From Chitinivibrionales bacterium (lineage in GTDB: Bacteria > Fibrobacterota > Chitinivibrionia > Chitinivibrionales > WJMI01), in the NCBI GenBank assembly GCA_014728015.1, contig WJMI01000305.1, positions 6,192 to 70,191 on the forward strand: DNA of 64,000 nt. Direction: 5' to 3'. This document shows, in pieces, positions 35,958-45,737 of the stretch. Every line of letters begins with the position of its first letter. Position 1 is the first letter of the stretch. Position numbers and translations under genes: made by a program. A model generated the notes under the pieces. The model was not told where the DNA came from and did not search any database. It saw only the letters and a list, made by a program, of their open reading frames with translations.

Positions 35958-36980
35958 CTACAGAGGCTTGACCGGGATGCAGATGTCGACCTTGTGGATG
36001 ACATCCGGCCCGCAGTCATCGTCGGCACAGTCGCCGCAGGCACGCTCGAAGCTCGGCGCGTCGTCGGGCTGATATCCGCTCTTGGGCAGCCACTCGCCGA
36101 ACACGTAGTTCCACGCATCCGGGTACTGGCTGGGATAAATCTCGAAGTGCGCAACAGCGTACTTCCCGCCCTTCACCTTCATCTTCCCGATTTCCCCGTC
36201 AACCTTGGTGTCTTCGGGCACCGTGATACACACGCTCGTGCGAAGCTTGCTCTCATCGGTGATCTCCGGGCTGTCGTGGTAGATATTGAAACACTGAAGG
36301 TCGGGTTGCTGCATGAGACCGCGCGGGCCGGCCCACGTACCGAGTTTCTCCCAGAGCCTCTTGAACAGCTCGGCATCGCCCTTGTACGGGCCGACATGCC
36401 GCACGTATGCAACGGTCAGCTCAGGGAACGTCTCGACCTTGACATCAGCCGTAACAGTGGATGGACCTTTCATGTTGCTCCTCCGTTGAGTTGTGGTTGT
36501 AGGTGACAGTGTGGCGCCATCACGTACTGTGCCATCAATATACCCGGAGGAGGCTTCGGTGTCTTTCCGATCCTTGCTGACCGTTTTGCTCCCGTTGCTT
36601 TCGGCTTTGCGATTCTTGCTGAATGTGGCATACCCGCCAGCTCGCCAGTCGGACGCGCTCATGCCGAACGTGTCGCGGAAGGCACGGGCGAAGGTCGCCG
36701 AGCTCGAGAACCCGCAGTCGAGTGCAATCTTTGTGACTGAACTCTTTGGATTGCCGACAAGCATGGATGCGGCCTTTTCTATGCGCACGCGGGCGATGAA
36801 TTGGTTGAGAGTCTCTCCGGTCATCGCGCCGAATATCCGGTGGAAATGAAACGGCGAGAAATGCGCGACCGAAGCGAGCTCGGCGAGGGGGAGCGGGCGG
36901 TGGATATTCTTCTCGACGAAATCGATGACCCGGTTGATCCGCGCCCGGTATTCTTCGAGCTGGTATTGCGACGTTGGCAT
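35958..36980 (-). CDS. AraC-family regulator with GyrI-like effector-binding domain
   Basis: LAELASVAHFSPFHFHRIFGAMTGETLNQFIARVRIEKAASML...IALDCGFSSSATFARAFRDTFGMSASDWR. GyrI-like: FPELTVAYVRHVGPYKG...GGKYAVAHFEIYPSQYPDAWNYVFGEWLPKSGY. Start taken at the ATG at 36980. Confidence 0.85.
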   Translation of the reverse strand: MPTSQYQLEEYRARINRVIDFVEKNIHRPLPLAELASVAHFSPFHFHRIFGAMTGETLNQFIARVRIEKAASMLVGNPKSSVTKIALDCGFSSSATFARAFRDTFGMSASDWRAGGYATFSKNRKAESNGSKTVSKDRKDTEASSGYIDGTVRDGATLSPTTTTQRRSNMKGPSTVTADVKVETFPELTVAYVRHVGPYKGDAELFKRLWEKLGTWAGPRGLMQQPDLQCFNIYHDSPEITDESKLRTSVCITVPEDTKVDGEIGKMKVKGGKYAVAHFEIYPSQYPDAWNYVFGEWLPKSGYQPDDAPSFERACGDCADDDCGPDVIHKVDICIPVKPL

Positions 36981-37169
36981 GGGCGTAAAATAGAACAAGC
37001 AAGGGCGCTACGTCTTCGGGCCAATCGGCAAGATGACTGTGGAGAGATCCCGCTCGCTTCTTCCCCTGGCCAATCTGTCCTATCTGCAGTCCGGCCGGGC
37101 TGCGCATTCCGTGCACCCGTCGCAGGTTTCCTATTACTTTGGAATACAAGCGGCAACTCAGGGGGGGCC

Positions 37170-38471
37170 ATGCGAACAGTGCCAGCCTTGTCGGCAGTCT
37201 GCTTGTTTCTGGTCGTCGGTGTGTCTCACACCGAGTACCGCCGTCCGTACGGGCCTACCGCTCCGTGGAACGTCCCGGTGGCTGGCCTGCCACTGCATCC
37301 CGAGTCAGACACCTATGCCTCACGGCTCTACAACGACGCAACAGCGTCGCGCCCCGGCAATTTCAACCTGAGCTTCGACGGGTATACCTACCCGGTGTAC
37401 CATGCCTCCGATGCGACAGGGGAGTATCCGGTCGAGACGACGTGGTCGACCAATATCGATGGCACCAGCATCCCGTGGAACCCCGCGTGGGAAGCGGCGT
37501 CCGGCACCGATGGGCAGGTGATCATTCTCGATTCGGCGACCGGCCGCGAGTGGAACCTGTGGCAGGTGAGCCTCGACGGCGGCACGGTGACGGCGACGAA
37601 CGGGAACCTTGTTCAGGCCGGGGAAGAACGGGGCGACGGTTCCCAGCCTGCCAATTACTGGACAAAAGAAAACGGATACAAACCTTCCCGCGGCTGCGGC
37701 ATTCAGTACTTCGCCATGCTGGTGGTGCCCGCGGAAATCGAGCAGGGCGCTATTGAGCACGCGCTTTCGGTGCCGATCATTAATACCGACGGCGATATGT
37801 TTGTGGCGCCGGCAACCAAGCTGGAATACCCAGACCATCCCTCGAACGGCATCCCCGAGGGCATGCGTTTTGCGCTCGATATCACCGACGAGGACATCGA
37901 TGACTGGATCACTTCGCTGCCCGCTGCTCTGCCGGATGCGACAAGAACCGCGGCGCGGGTTATCGCGGTGGCGCTGCGGGACTACGGATGGTTCATTACC
38001 GACAGCTCGGGGGGGGCGCATTTCCAGTTCGAAGACCGCGCAAGCGCCGGGGCGGAGTGGGAGGCCCTCGGCCTTGCCGATCAGGAAATCGGCGGCAAGA
38101 CATATCCGCGCGACCTTCTTGACGGGCTTATCACCCAAGACAACATCTACGCGATAGTGCCCAGCGACGAGTATGGCACGACAATACGCGATCGGGATGG
38201 CGCGCTTCCGGCCCCCACGGGCATCGGCCTGCAGGTGACGCGGCTGGGCCGCGGCCGCGTGGCTTTCACGGTGAGCGGCACGACCGGAAGCCCCATGAGA
38301 CTGGCGGTCTACAATCTCTCAGGCTCCAGCCTTCTTCGGCGTACTATGTGGCGGAACAATGAAGCGTTTGTGCTGCATTGTCCTGACAACTCCCCGGTTG
38401 CATTGGGCGTGTGCGTGGCGGTCATTGAGCACAGCGGCCGGCGCGTTGCACGCGCGATACCGTCGTTCTGA
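37170..38471 (+). CDS. Secreted protein of unknown function with T9SS C-terminal domain
   Basis: Start at the ATG at 37170, after CAGGGGGGGCC. Signal peptide: MRTVPALSAVCLFLVVGVSHT. Conserved-looking core: SRGCGIQYFAMLVVPAEIEQGAIEHALSVPIINTDGDMFVAPATKLEYPD. Tail: LAVYNLSGSSLLRR. Confidence 0.5.
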   Translation: MRTVPALSAVCLFLVVGVSHTEYRRPYGPTAPWNVPVAGLPLHPESDTYASRLYNDATASRPGNFNLSFDGYTYPVYHASDATGEYPVETTWSTNIDGTSIPWNPAWEAASGTDGQVIILDSATGREWNLWQVSLDGGTVTATNGNLVQAGEERGDGSQPANYWTKENGYKPSRGCGIQYFAMLVVPAEIEQGAIEHALSVPIINTDGDMFVAPATKLEYPDHPSNGIPEGMRFALDITDEDIDDWITSLPAALPDATRTAARVIAVALRDYGWFITDSSGGAHFQFEDRASAGAEWEALGLADQEIGGKTYPRDLLDGLITQDNIYAIVPSDEYGTTIRDRDGALPAPTGIGLQVTRLGRGRVAFTVSGTTGSPMRLAVYNLSGSSLLRRTMWRNNEAFVLHCPDNSPVALGVCVAVIEHSGRRVARAIPSF

Positions 38472-38510
38472 GAGCTGCTTTGTGCGTGCTAATGATGTTG
38501 TTGGGTCAGA

Positions 38511-38604
38511 TTGGGGTCGGACTACTTTTACGCTGACATTTGCATCGTCACAGAACGCCGCGACAAAGGCCGCAAAAAAAATAAAAAAAGTTCGTCCCCA
38601 TATT
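38511..38604. repeat. Intergenic IR element D (TTGGGGTCGGACTAC ... TTCGTCCCCATATT)
   Basis: The left arm at 38511-38525 pairs imperfectly with 38591-38600. An A-rich spacer lies between them. The right arm continues into a CCCCATATT promoter-like box 70 nt upstream of the ATG at 38675. Confidence 0.35.
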
Positions 38605-38674
38605 CATGCATTGAGCCGCACTTGAGGCAATACTATGTGCCAGGGGCAGTAATTCATATCCGTTGGGGGCTCTT

Positions 38675-40498
38675 ATGCGTATATCAAATGCCGCAGCTTT
38701 GGTTTTTGTTCTGTTCTTTAGCTTAATCGCTTCAGCCGCGAATCCGGGCGGCTGGGCCTGCTTTGCCGGGAACAATCGAGTGTATCGCGTTCAGATGAAC
38801 GGTGATCTCGAGGATCTCACCGGCGATGTCAACGCCAAGCATGCCCGGTGGTCGGCGGATGGCCGTCAGATTTTCTATATCCGCGGGAACAACGAGATAT
38901 GGGCCATGCACAACAACGGCGACAACAACCGCAAGATCGGCAGCGGCAATATTGCATCAGGGAGCTCCATCGCGGCGTACCGACCCGATGCAGACTACGT
39001 GCTCAGCGTTGAAGGAGGAGACTTCTACAAGCTCAACTCCAGGACACCCGGCAAGACCCTGATCTGCGCCAGCGGAAGCTCTGTTTATGGCGAGATTGCC
39101 ATTAGCCAGGCAGGCAACAGAATCGCGTTTCGCAATGGTGGCCTGTATGTGATCGATTTCAATCCCGCCACTGCGGATGTTACCGCATCTGACCGGTATG
39201 CTGATGCGTGCTCGGCCGGCCTGTCACCCGACGGGCTCTGGATGATTCGCAACGGCGGCTCGCACACGGTCCTCGAAATACACAGCTACACGAGCGGCAA
39301 TCTGGATCATACAATCGGGAGCGGCACAATAGGAGGCACCTGGGACAACCAGGCCTTCGCGGTCAACTCCAACGACTGGATCTGCTGCCTGATGGATAAC
39401 GGCGTGGGATCGAACAGTGGCAGCCGTGTCGCTGTCGTGCACCGAACCGATGAAAGCCAGCAGTACGAAGTTGTCGACTGGAGCGGATTCAATACGATGT
39501 ATCCTGATTTTTTCGTCGGCGATCTGCCGAGCCCGGTCATGGATGATCCCACCAGCCCCTCGGCCCCGACAAACCTCGCGGTAACGGGCACGTCAAACAC
39601 GAGCGTGACGCTCGGCTGGGATGCGGGAGCCGATGCCGAATCCGGGATCAAGCATTACATCGTGTACTTTGAAGATGCGCTTCACTCTACGGTCAGCTCG
39701 ACGTCCGCCACGATAACGGGATTGACAAGGGCCACTATATACGAGAATATCTACGTGAAAGCGGTCAACGGCGTGGATTCGGTGTCGGCCGCCAGCAATA
39801 CGGTGAGCGCTACGACCGCGGACAACGCATTCAACGACGGAACGTTCTATGTGGAAGCCGCGAGCGGCGCGTTGTCCAACGGTATGACCGCCACGACGCA
39901 GGACGGCTCGCAGGCGGCCGAAGTAATCTACGGCACGACCGGCGACCTCGGGGCCGCGGGCGGCTCGTTGTCCAAGGCGGAGTATACCGTGGACCTGGCA
40001 GCGGGCGATTGGTATGCGTGGGGCCGCTTCTATTTCGGCGGCTCCGCGAACTCGTTCTGGATTCAGGTAGATGGCGGCACTGCCGAGCGTTTCGGCAACG
40101 GCGAAGAATCGACCGCTTCGTGGCACTGGGAAGGGGAACAGGGCGCGAAGCTTTCCCTGGGCACGCTGGGCGAGGGAACGCATACCATCACTATCAGCGG
40201 CAGGGAAGTGGCGGACAACTGCCTGCTTGACATGATCTGCCTGACAACCGATGCAGCGTTTGTGCCTGATGACGGCGCAACAATCGGTGCGCCCCCTCGA
40301 GAAACGGCGTACCGTCATGACGGTCTTCGCCGGTCAGGACGGGTGACGCTGTATACGCTTTCGGGCAAAAAGGTCGGGACATATTCCCTTGTGGCGGGAA
40401 AGATACAGGCGGCTGCCCTGGCCGGAAGGCCGGCAGGAACGTATATCGCGCATCAGACCGCAACGGGCAGAACATTCAGCGTGAAGGTTGGCAGATAG
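38675..40498 (+). CDS. Secreted TolB/PD40-like propeller / FN3 / CBM-like protein with T9SS-like tail (propeller family P, copy 2)
   Basis: HARWSADGRQIFYIRGNNEIWAM. FN3: PSAPTNLAVTGTSNTSVTLGWDAG...YIVYF. CBM-like: FYVEAASGAL...FWIQVDGG...GTHTITISGRE. Tail: VTLYTLSGKKVGTY. Confidence 0.55.
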   Translation: MRISNAAALVFVLFFSLIASAANPGGWACFAGNNRVYRVQMNGDLEDLTGDVNAKHARWSADGRQIFYIRGNNEIWAMHNNGDNNRKIGSGNIASGSSIAAYRPDADYVLSVEGGDFYKLNSRTPGKTLICASGSSVYGEIAISQAGNRIAFRNGGLYVIDFNPATADVTASDRYADACSAGLSPDGLWMIRNGGSHTVLEIHSYTSGNLDHTIGSGTIGGTWDNQAFAVNSNDWICCLMDNGVGSNSGSRVAVVHRTDESQQYEVVDWSGFNTMYPDFFVGDLPSPVMDDPTSPSAPTNLAVTGTSNTSVTLGWDAGADAESGIKHYIVYFEDALHSTVSSTSATITGLTRATIYENIYVKAVNGVDSVSAASNTVSATTADNAFNDGTFYVEAASGALSNGMTATTQDGSQAAEVIYGTTGDLGAAGGSLSKAEYTVDLAAGDWYAWGRFYFGGSANSFWIQVDGGTAERFGNGEESTASWHWEGEQGAKLSLGTLGEGTHTITISGREVADNCLLDMICLTTDAAFVPDDGATIGAPPRETAYRHDGLRRSGRVTLYTLSGKKVGTYSLVAGKIQAAALAGRPAGTYIAHQTATGRTFSVKVGR

Positions 40499-40587
40499 CC
40501 TTAGTACCGGCATTTGCGTGCAAACCTGGACCCCGTCTCCGGCCGGCGCAGAGGCGGGGTTTCCTGTATGTCTGCCGAGGCCGTCCT

Positions 40588-42114
40588 CTACCGTTCCCTG
40601 CGCGGACGGCCCACCGAGCCGCGATCCACAAGCACGGGAGTGCAGCGCACGTTGCCCCGGCGGTCGCTTCCCACCGGGATATCGCCCACAAAGACGTGGG
40701 CCGCCTTATAGCCGAGGTCCTCCAGACGCAGGTCGAGCGTAGTGATCGGATACAGGCTCAGGGGAGAGTAGTTGTCGAACGCGATAAGTGACATGTCCCG
40801 GGGTACATTCATGCCCGTCATGGTCAGCCACGTATAGTAGTGCATGGCCAGCCACTGGTTCGCCGCGATAATTGCCGTTGCCGGGCCGTCGACTATCGCG
40901 CGCATGGAGGCAAACTCGCGGTGCAGAAACGAGCGTACGTCTCCTGAAGAGCCGCCGGCATGCGGACCGGCGATTCTCGCGAACATGAGATTGTACGCGA
41001 CAAACCACTTCACTCGCGGGTCCTCATCCGCCTCAAGGCCTTCCATCCAGTGCGTTTCGTTCTGCGCCACGGTATCGACCCGTATCGGGGAGGGGAGCGC
41101 GCCCGCCGCATCGGTTATCTTGCGCAACCGGTCCTGTTCCCAGTCAAACCTTCCAAACCTGACACAGCGCGGGTAGACTATCCGGCGATGCCCCAGTGTG
41201 GCGAGATGGGATACTGCAAGACGAACCATCTGGTTTTCGTCGGGCGAACACCGGTAGTACGTGCGGCGGCCGATGGTTCCGCGATCGTAGTCCGGGTGCG
41301 CGTTATCGAAATCGATCCAGACCACCGGGCCGTTGAACTGCGCGAGCCAGTCGATCCAGTCTTTGAGGTCGGGAGAGAGTTCATAATGCTGGGCAATGCA
41401 GGTGCCGCGATAGTATGACCCGAGCGAATTGATGAGATCCAGAATGCCCGCCCTGCCGGTGGGAAAGCAGGTCTGCACCGGGCTGTCTGATCCATGCCCG
41501 AACACCGGTATGACGCGCATGCCCGCGCGATAGAGCTGCCCGGTGAATTCGTCAAGCATGGGAAACAGGTGCTCGGAGAAAAGGTTCTTCCAGCGGTCAT
41601 AATGGCCTACCAGAAGCAGAACTGACGGCATGTTTGCCGAGGGGGTTTCTCGTACCCGTACTCTTCGCTCGCGCAGCGGCGCGCCGACAACCCAGTGCTT
41701 GCCGCGCTTGTGCAACAGGCCTTTCGCGGCAAGTAAACGCATCGCCGCACATACCGTGTTGTATGAAACAGCCTGGGTGGTCGAGAAATAGCGCGCCTTG
41801 GGGAGGGGGTCTCCCACGCGATACCGGCCCTCGCGCATGCCCTGCTCAATCAGGAGCGCAAGCGACCCGGCCGAGCCCCGGCCTGCATGCGGCGAGACCA
41901 GCGAGGCATTCGCGCCGAGTACCTGCATCCGCTGTCCGGGGGAGACCCGCAGTTTCCCCTGATCGCGAAGCAGATGCACTGCTCTGAGCATGGTGGCGGT
42001 TGACACTCCCTCTCGCGCGCACAGGATCGCAACCGGATCGAGAAATGCCAGGCCGTTCTCACGGGCGGATTCATACACGCGCTTAGCGACTTCTCTAAAC
42101 AGGATTCTGGACAT
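40588..42114 (-). CDS. Transcriptional regulator, paralog 3: tandem GntR-type wHTH x2 plus LacI/PBP1-like sensor
   Basis: wHTH1: LDPVAILCAREGVSTATMLRAVHLLRDQGKLRVSPGQR. wHTH2: LPKARYFSTTQAVSYNTVCAAMRLLAAKGLLHKRGKHWVVG. C-terminus: AANQWLAMHYYTWLTMTGMNVPRDMSLIAFDNY. Start at the ATG at 42114 (MSRILFREV). Confidence 0.75.
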   Translation of the reverse strand: MSRILFREVAKRVYESARENGLAFLDPVAILCAREGVSTATMLRAVHLLRDQGKLRVSPGQRMQVLGANASLVSPHAGRGSAGSLALLIEQGMREGRYRVGDPLPKARYFSTTQAVSYNTVCAAMRLLAAKGLLHKRGKHWVVGAPLRERRVRVRETPSANMPSVLLLVGHYDRWKNLFSEHLFPMLDEFTGQLYRAGMRVIPVFGHGSDSPVQTCFPTGRAGILDLINSLGSYYRGTCIAQHYELSPDLKDWIDWLAQFNGPVVWIDFDNAHPDYDRGTIGRRTYYRCSPDENQMVRLAVSHLATLGHRRIVYPRCVRFGRFDWEQDRLRKITDAAGALPSPIRVDTVAQNETHWMEGLEADEDPRVKWFVAYNLMFARIAGPHAGGSSGDVRSFLHREFASMRAIVDGPATAIIAANQWLAMHYYTWLTMTGMNVPRDMSLIAFDNYSPLSLYPITTLDLRLEDLGYKAAHVFVGDIPVGSDRRGNVRCTPVLVDRGSVGRPRRER

Positions 42115-42352
42115 GTATTTCCCTTTTGAGCTGGTTTCCGAGATTTGAAAGGGACGCATACCGGCGCCCGGCTCTTGTCTCTTACTGCCTTTCGCAAGGC
42201 TCCTGCGTGCAATATACAGTAAATAGAACGGAATAGTAGCACAATAATCAGAAGCAGGCCATCTATTTCTATAACTTCGCTCATGGGGAGGTTCAGGGCA
42301 TTCTGAATCAGCCGGTTCTTACAGGTCGATTAATACCGAAGGAGTCTCTTCC

Positions 42353-43540
42353 ATGTCTTCACAAACCTTCAATACCGCGTACTTCAAAGCCGCACTGTGC
42401 GCAGCGGCCCTTCTGGCGGCCTTGTTCGCAGTGCCATCTCACGGGGAGTGGGGCTCAATATCTGTCAGCAAGGATGCTTCGGACAATTTTCAGGTGGTGC
42501 TCGAGAACAGCAAATTCAAATGCACCTACGGCACGGTCACCAAACCCTACACCGACATCAAGGAAACCACAATCAGGGAATTCTCGGTGAAAGCCGCGGG
42601 CGGAGCAGACCAGGTAGGCGCTCCCGGGTATATGGATGCACAGGTCATGTCCATGGAAAAGGACCGCGGGGTGTGTATCTACGCGGATGTTGTCAGGGAT
42701 GGCGCTGACACAAAGACCGTACGCATGGTATGGGACAACGGCCAGGTGTTTCAGGATATCACTATGACCAAGGACTCTCCTGTTCTCAAGATGGACTACT
42801 ATAACTACGGGATTACGATCCGCGATTTTGTCATGCCCGGCGGAAACGAGTGGGGCGAGTATTCGATTTACGGCGGCGGATCGTACACGCGCAAGGAAGG
42901 CATTCTGACCCTGTCCGGATATCAGTATCCCGCATCGTACTATCGTGATGCCGACGGCACCAATGACCCGGCCGACGGCGGCGCTCTCAGCTACAACGGA
43001 TGGTTCATCATCGGCGTGTACGCCGACAACGGCCAGGGGTACGTGCGAGTGATGCCGGTGAAACATATCAGTGTGATAAAGGCGCTCTACGGCCGCGGCT
43101 GGGAGTGGGCCCCGCACTACGGCACCAAAGGCGACCCGGTTGCGTTTACCGGCTACCTTGGGATCGTTTCCGGCGGCGGCGGCGAGATCCAGTCACTTGG
43201 CAAGTCTGCTGCCGACAATGCGCCGGGTATGGAGCCGGCAACCGTACCCCCGCTTCCGATAACGCCTACTATTGGAAGTACCATGCTCCAGAAGAAACGC
43301 GCGCCAGCCATGCGCATACAGCGTACCGGCGGGTATGTCGCCGTATCTGTCGCCGCTCTGTCAAAGCATCAGCTTCGGGTATTCACCCCGAACGGCAGAA
43401 CGGTCTACGCGGCACATGCACAGGGGACCACGACGTATCGGGTACCGGTACGGACGATGGCAAACGGGCTGTATGTATTCCAGGTCAAAACAGAAGCGAA
43501 GGTGTTCAACAAGACCCATGTCATGCTTCACTACAGATAG
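42353..43540 (+). CDS. Secreted protein of unknown function (family U, copy 2) with T9SS C-terminal domain
   Basis: 395 aa, collinear with 24810-26015. Tail: LRVFTPNGRTVYAAH...ANGLYVFQVKTEAKVFNKTHVM. SD: GAAGGAG. Confidence 0.5.
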   Translation: MSSQTFNTAYFKAALCAAALLAALFAVPSHGEWGSISVSKDASDNFQVVLENSKFKCTYGTVTKPYTDIKETTIREFSVKAAGGADQVGAPGYMDAQVMSMEKDRGVCIYADVVRDGADTKTVRMVWDNGQVFQDITMTKDSPVLKMDYYNYGITIRDFVMPGGNEWGEYSIYGGGSYTRKEGILTLSGYQYPASYYRDADGTNDPADGGALSYNGWFIIGVYADNGQGYVRVMPVKHISVIKALYGRGWEWAPHYGTKGDPVAFTGYLGIVSGGGGEIQSLGKSAADNAPGMEPATVPPLPITPTIGSTMLQKKRAPAMRIQRTGGYVAVSVAALSKHQLRVFTPNGRTVYAAHAQGTTTYRVPVRTMANGLYVFQVKTEAKVFNKTHVMLHYR

Positions 43541-43561
43541 AAACCATAAGAGAGTTTTATC

Positions 43562-45481
43562 ATGAAATCGAAAAGCATACTTACAGCCGTTGTTGCGGCG
43601 CTTTGTCTGTGCTCCACCGCGCTGGCGGAGGAAATATTCACCGACTTCAACCGCAACGGGTACCGCGCATACGATGGTCTTCAGGTCGGGGACTGGCTCT
43701 ACGTTGACCTGAGCTACGGGGTTACCGATATGTGGAGCGGGTATGCCCCCGACAATTACATGTGCATCAAGACATATTTCTCCGACAAGTTTTACTGGGA
43801 CAAGGATTTTCTGATCTTCACCGTGCACCGCGATGTGACCGTGCTGATCGGCTGGCCGCAGGCCAGCAAGCACATGCCGGACTGGCTCCAGGACGGGTGG
43901 GTGGACAACGGCAAGCGAGGGGCTACAGGCTCATATACGCTCACATTCTACGAGAAGGAGTTCTCATCGGGTGATCGCGTGCAGCTCGGGGGCAATGAAG
44001 AGGCGTCGTTTATCATGTATACGATTCAGGTCGAGACCGGGCCGCACGATCCCGCGCCGTGGGTGCAGGAGAACGTGGTGCCCGACACATGGCTCGACGG
44101 CCTTCCGGAGCCGGTGCTGTCCGAGCATACGGGCTGGATAGATTTCTACTACTTCGCATGGGACATGGCCGACACCAAGAAGGTGCACCGTCCTCTGGGA
44201 TGGACTTTCGACGAGGCGCATGGGAGCGACGTGTCGTACCTGTGGGACTATGTCTGGATGACCTATTTCACCAAGTATGTGCAGGATGCCCATCCGCTCA
44301 TCACTGATTTCATGCTCGGTATCGACCAGATGTATGCCGACATGTATCCCGATGGATACGCGCCGTTCAAGTGGGGCTACCGCCGCGATCCGTTCTGGAC
44401 CCAGGCGCCCATTTTCCCCATGGCCGAATGGCAGTGCTACATTCACACGGCCGATACCGATCGTGTCAAACGGGTCCTTCCGTACCTCGAGAAGAACTTC
44501 TGGAATGTAAAGCGGTTCTGGGCAACGTACTGGGGGCCGCAGTATTTCGATGCCATGATCGGCAACGGCATGGACAATCGTCCCAACGGTGCGCGCATCA
44601 TCGATCTCACGGGGCAGCAGGCAATCAATGCCCTGATAATTTCGCGTCTTGCCGAGGCTGCCGGCGATACCGACCGAGAGTACAAGTTCAACAAGGAATA
44701 CAATTTCATCAAGGATGTTATCAACAATAAGATGTGGCATGACGGTGATAAGTTCTACACCGACATGAAGAACCGTACCGGCGACGAGCTGAAATCGGGT
44801 GACTGGACACTGGCATCCTACTGGCCGCTCATTGCTGAAGTTGCGCCGCAGGATCGTGTCGACCATATGGTGGCGCACCTCAACGATCCGGACAATTTCA
44901 AAACCGCGCATCGCCCGCCCTCAACCGGCAAGAAGAGCTGGGCCTACGATCCCGGAGGTAAGTACTGGCAGGGGAGTGTGTGGGTACCGACGGCCACCAT
45001 GGTGATCCACGGCCTGACCGCGTGCGGCGAGCATGATCTCGCGCGCGAGATCGCGGTCAATCACCACTACTACACCTACGAGACCTACCTGCAGACAGGC
45101 ACGATTCTCGAGAACTACTGGCAGGAAGGCGTGGGCAAGCCCACGGCCGGAAGCTCGATGACCGACTTCGTCGGCTGGAGCGGCATTACGCCGACCGGCA
45201 CGCTTATCGAATACGTGATCGGTATAAAGGTCAATGCACCCGAGAATACTGTCACCTGGCGCCTTCGGCTGACAGAACAGAACGGCATGCGAAACCTGAA
45301 ATGGGGTCCCGGCTTTGCGCATGTAATGGATCTGGTTGCTGACGCCAGAAGCAGTGAGAGCGACCCTGTGACTGTTAGAGCAAACAGCAATCATGCATTC
45401 AAACTTGTAGTTGATGCCGGCTTCAAAACAAAGACGTTTGATGTGGCAGCGGCCAATGATCAGGTATTCGTGGTTCAATAG
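43562..45481 (+). CDS. GH63-like (alpha/alpha)6-barrel glycoside hydrolase, no T9SS tail (copy 3)
   Basis: Collinear with 26125-28134: LPEPVLSEHTGWIDFYYFAWDMADTKKV, IDLTGQQAINALIISRL, KYWQGSVWVPTATMVIHGL, LENYWQ, FVGWSGITPTGTLIE. Confidence 0.7.
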   Translation: MKSKSILTAVVAALCLCSTALAEEIFTDFNRNGYRAYDGLQVGDWLYVDLSYGVTDMWSGYAPDNYMCIKTYFSDKFYWDKDFLIFTVHRDVTVLIGWPQASKHMPDWLQDGWVDNGKRGATGSYTLTFYEKEFSSGDRVQLGGNEEASFIMYTIQVETGPHDPAPWVQENVVPDTWLDGLPEPVLSEHTGWIDFYYFAWDMADTKKVHRPLGWTFDEAHGSDVSYLWDYVWMTYFTKYVQDAHPLITDFMLGIDQMYADMYPDGYAPFKWGYRRDPFWTQAPIFPMAEWQCYIHTADTDRVKRVLPYLEKNFWNVKRFWATYWGPQYFDAMIGNGMDNRPNGARIIDLTGQQAINALIISRLAEAAGDTDREYKFNKEYNFIKDVINNKMWHDGDKFYTDMKNRTGDELKSGDWTLASYWPLIAEVAPQDRVDHMVAHLNDPDNFKTAHRPPSTGKKSWAYDPGGKYWQGSVWVPTATMVIHGLTACGEHDLAREIAVNHHYYTYETYLQTGTILENYWQEGVGKPTAGSSMTDFVGWSGITPTGTLIEYVIGIKVNAPENTVTWRLRLTEQNGMRNLKWGPGFAHVMDLVADARSSESDPVTVRANSNHAFKLVVDAGFKTKTFDVAAANDQVFVVQ

Positions 45482-45737
45482 TCCTATGGACGATGAAGCT
45501 CGAAATTCAGAACATGATAGGGGCACGTGTGCGGATTGCGGATCGGGGAGCCGCACACGGGCCCTTCCATGTCTTTGAGCGGCAGCGACTTGTGTCCTAA
45601 TTGGCCGAGCAACAACAGCCACAACAACCTTCTGGAGACGTTCTACACAGATGTGGACCGATATATTGCTTTGAGAGGCATTTCACAATCTGCCTGCCGT
45701 CTTCTTGCGGCAAAATTATTGACCGGGGGGAACTCGT

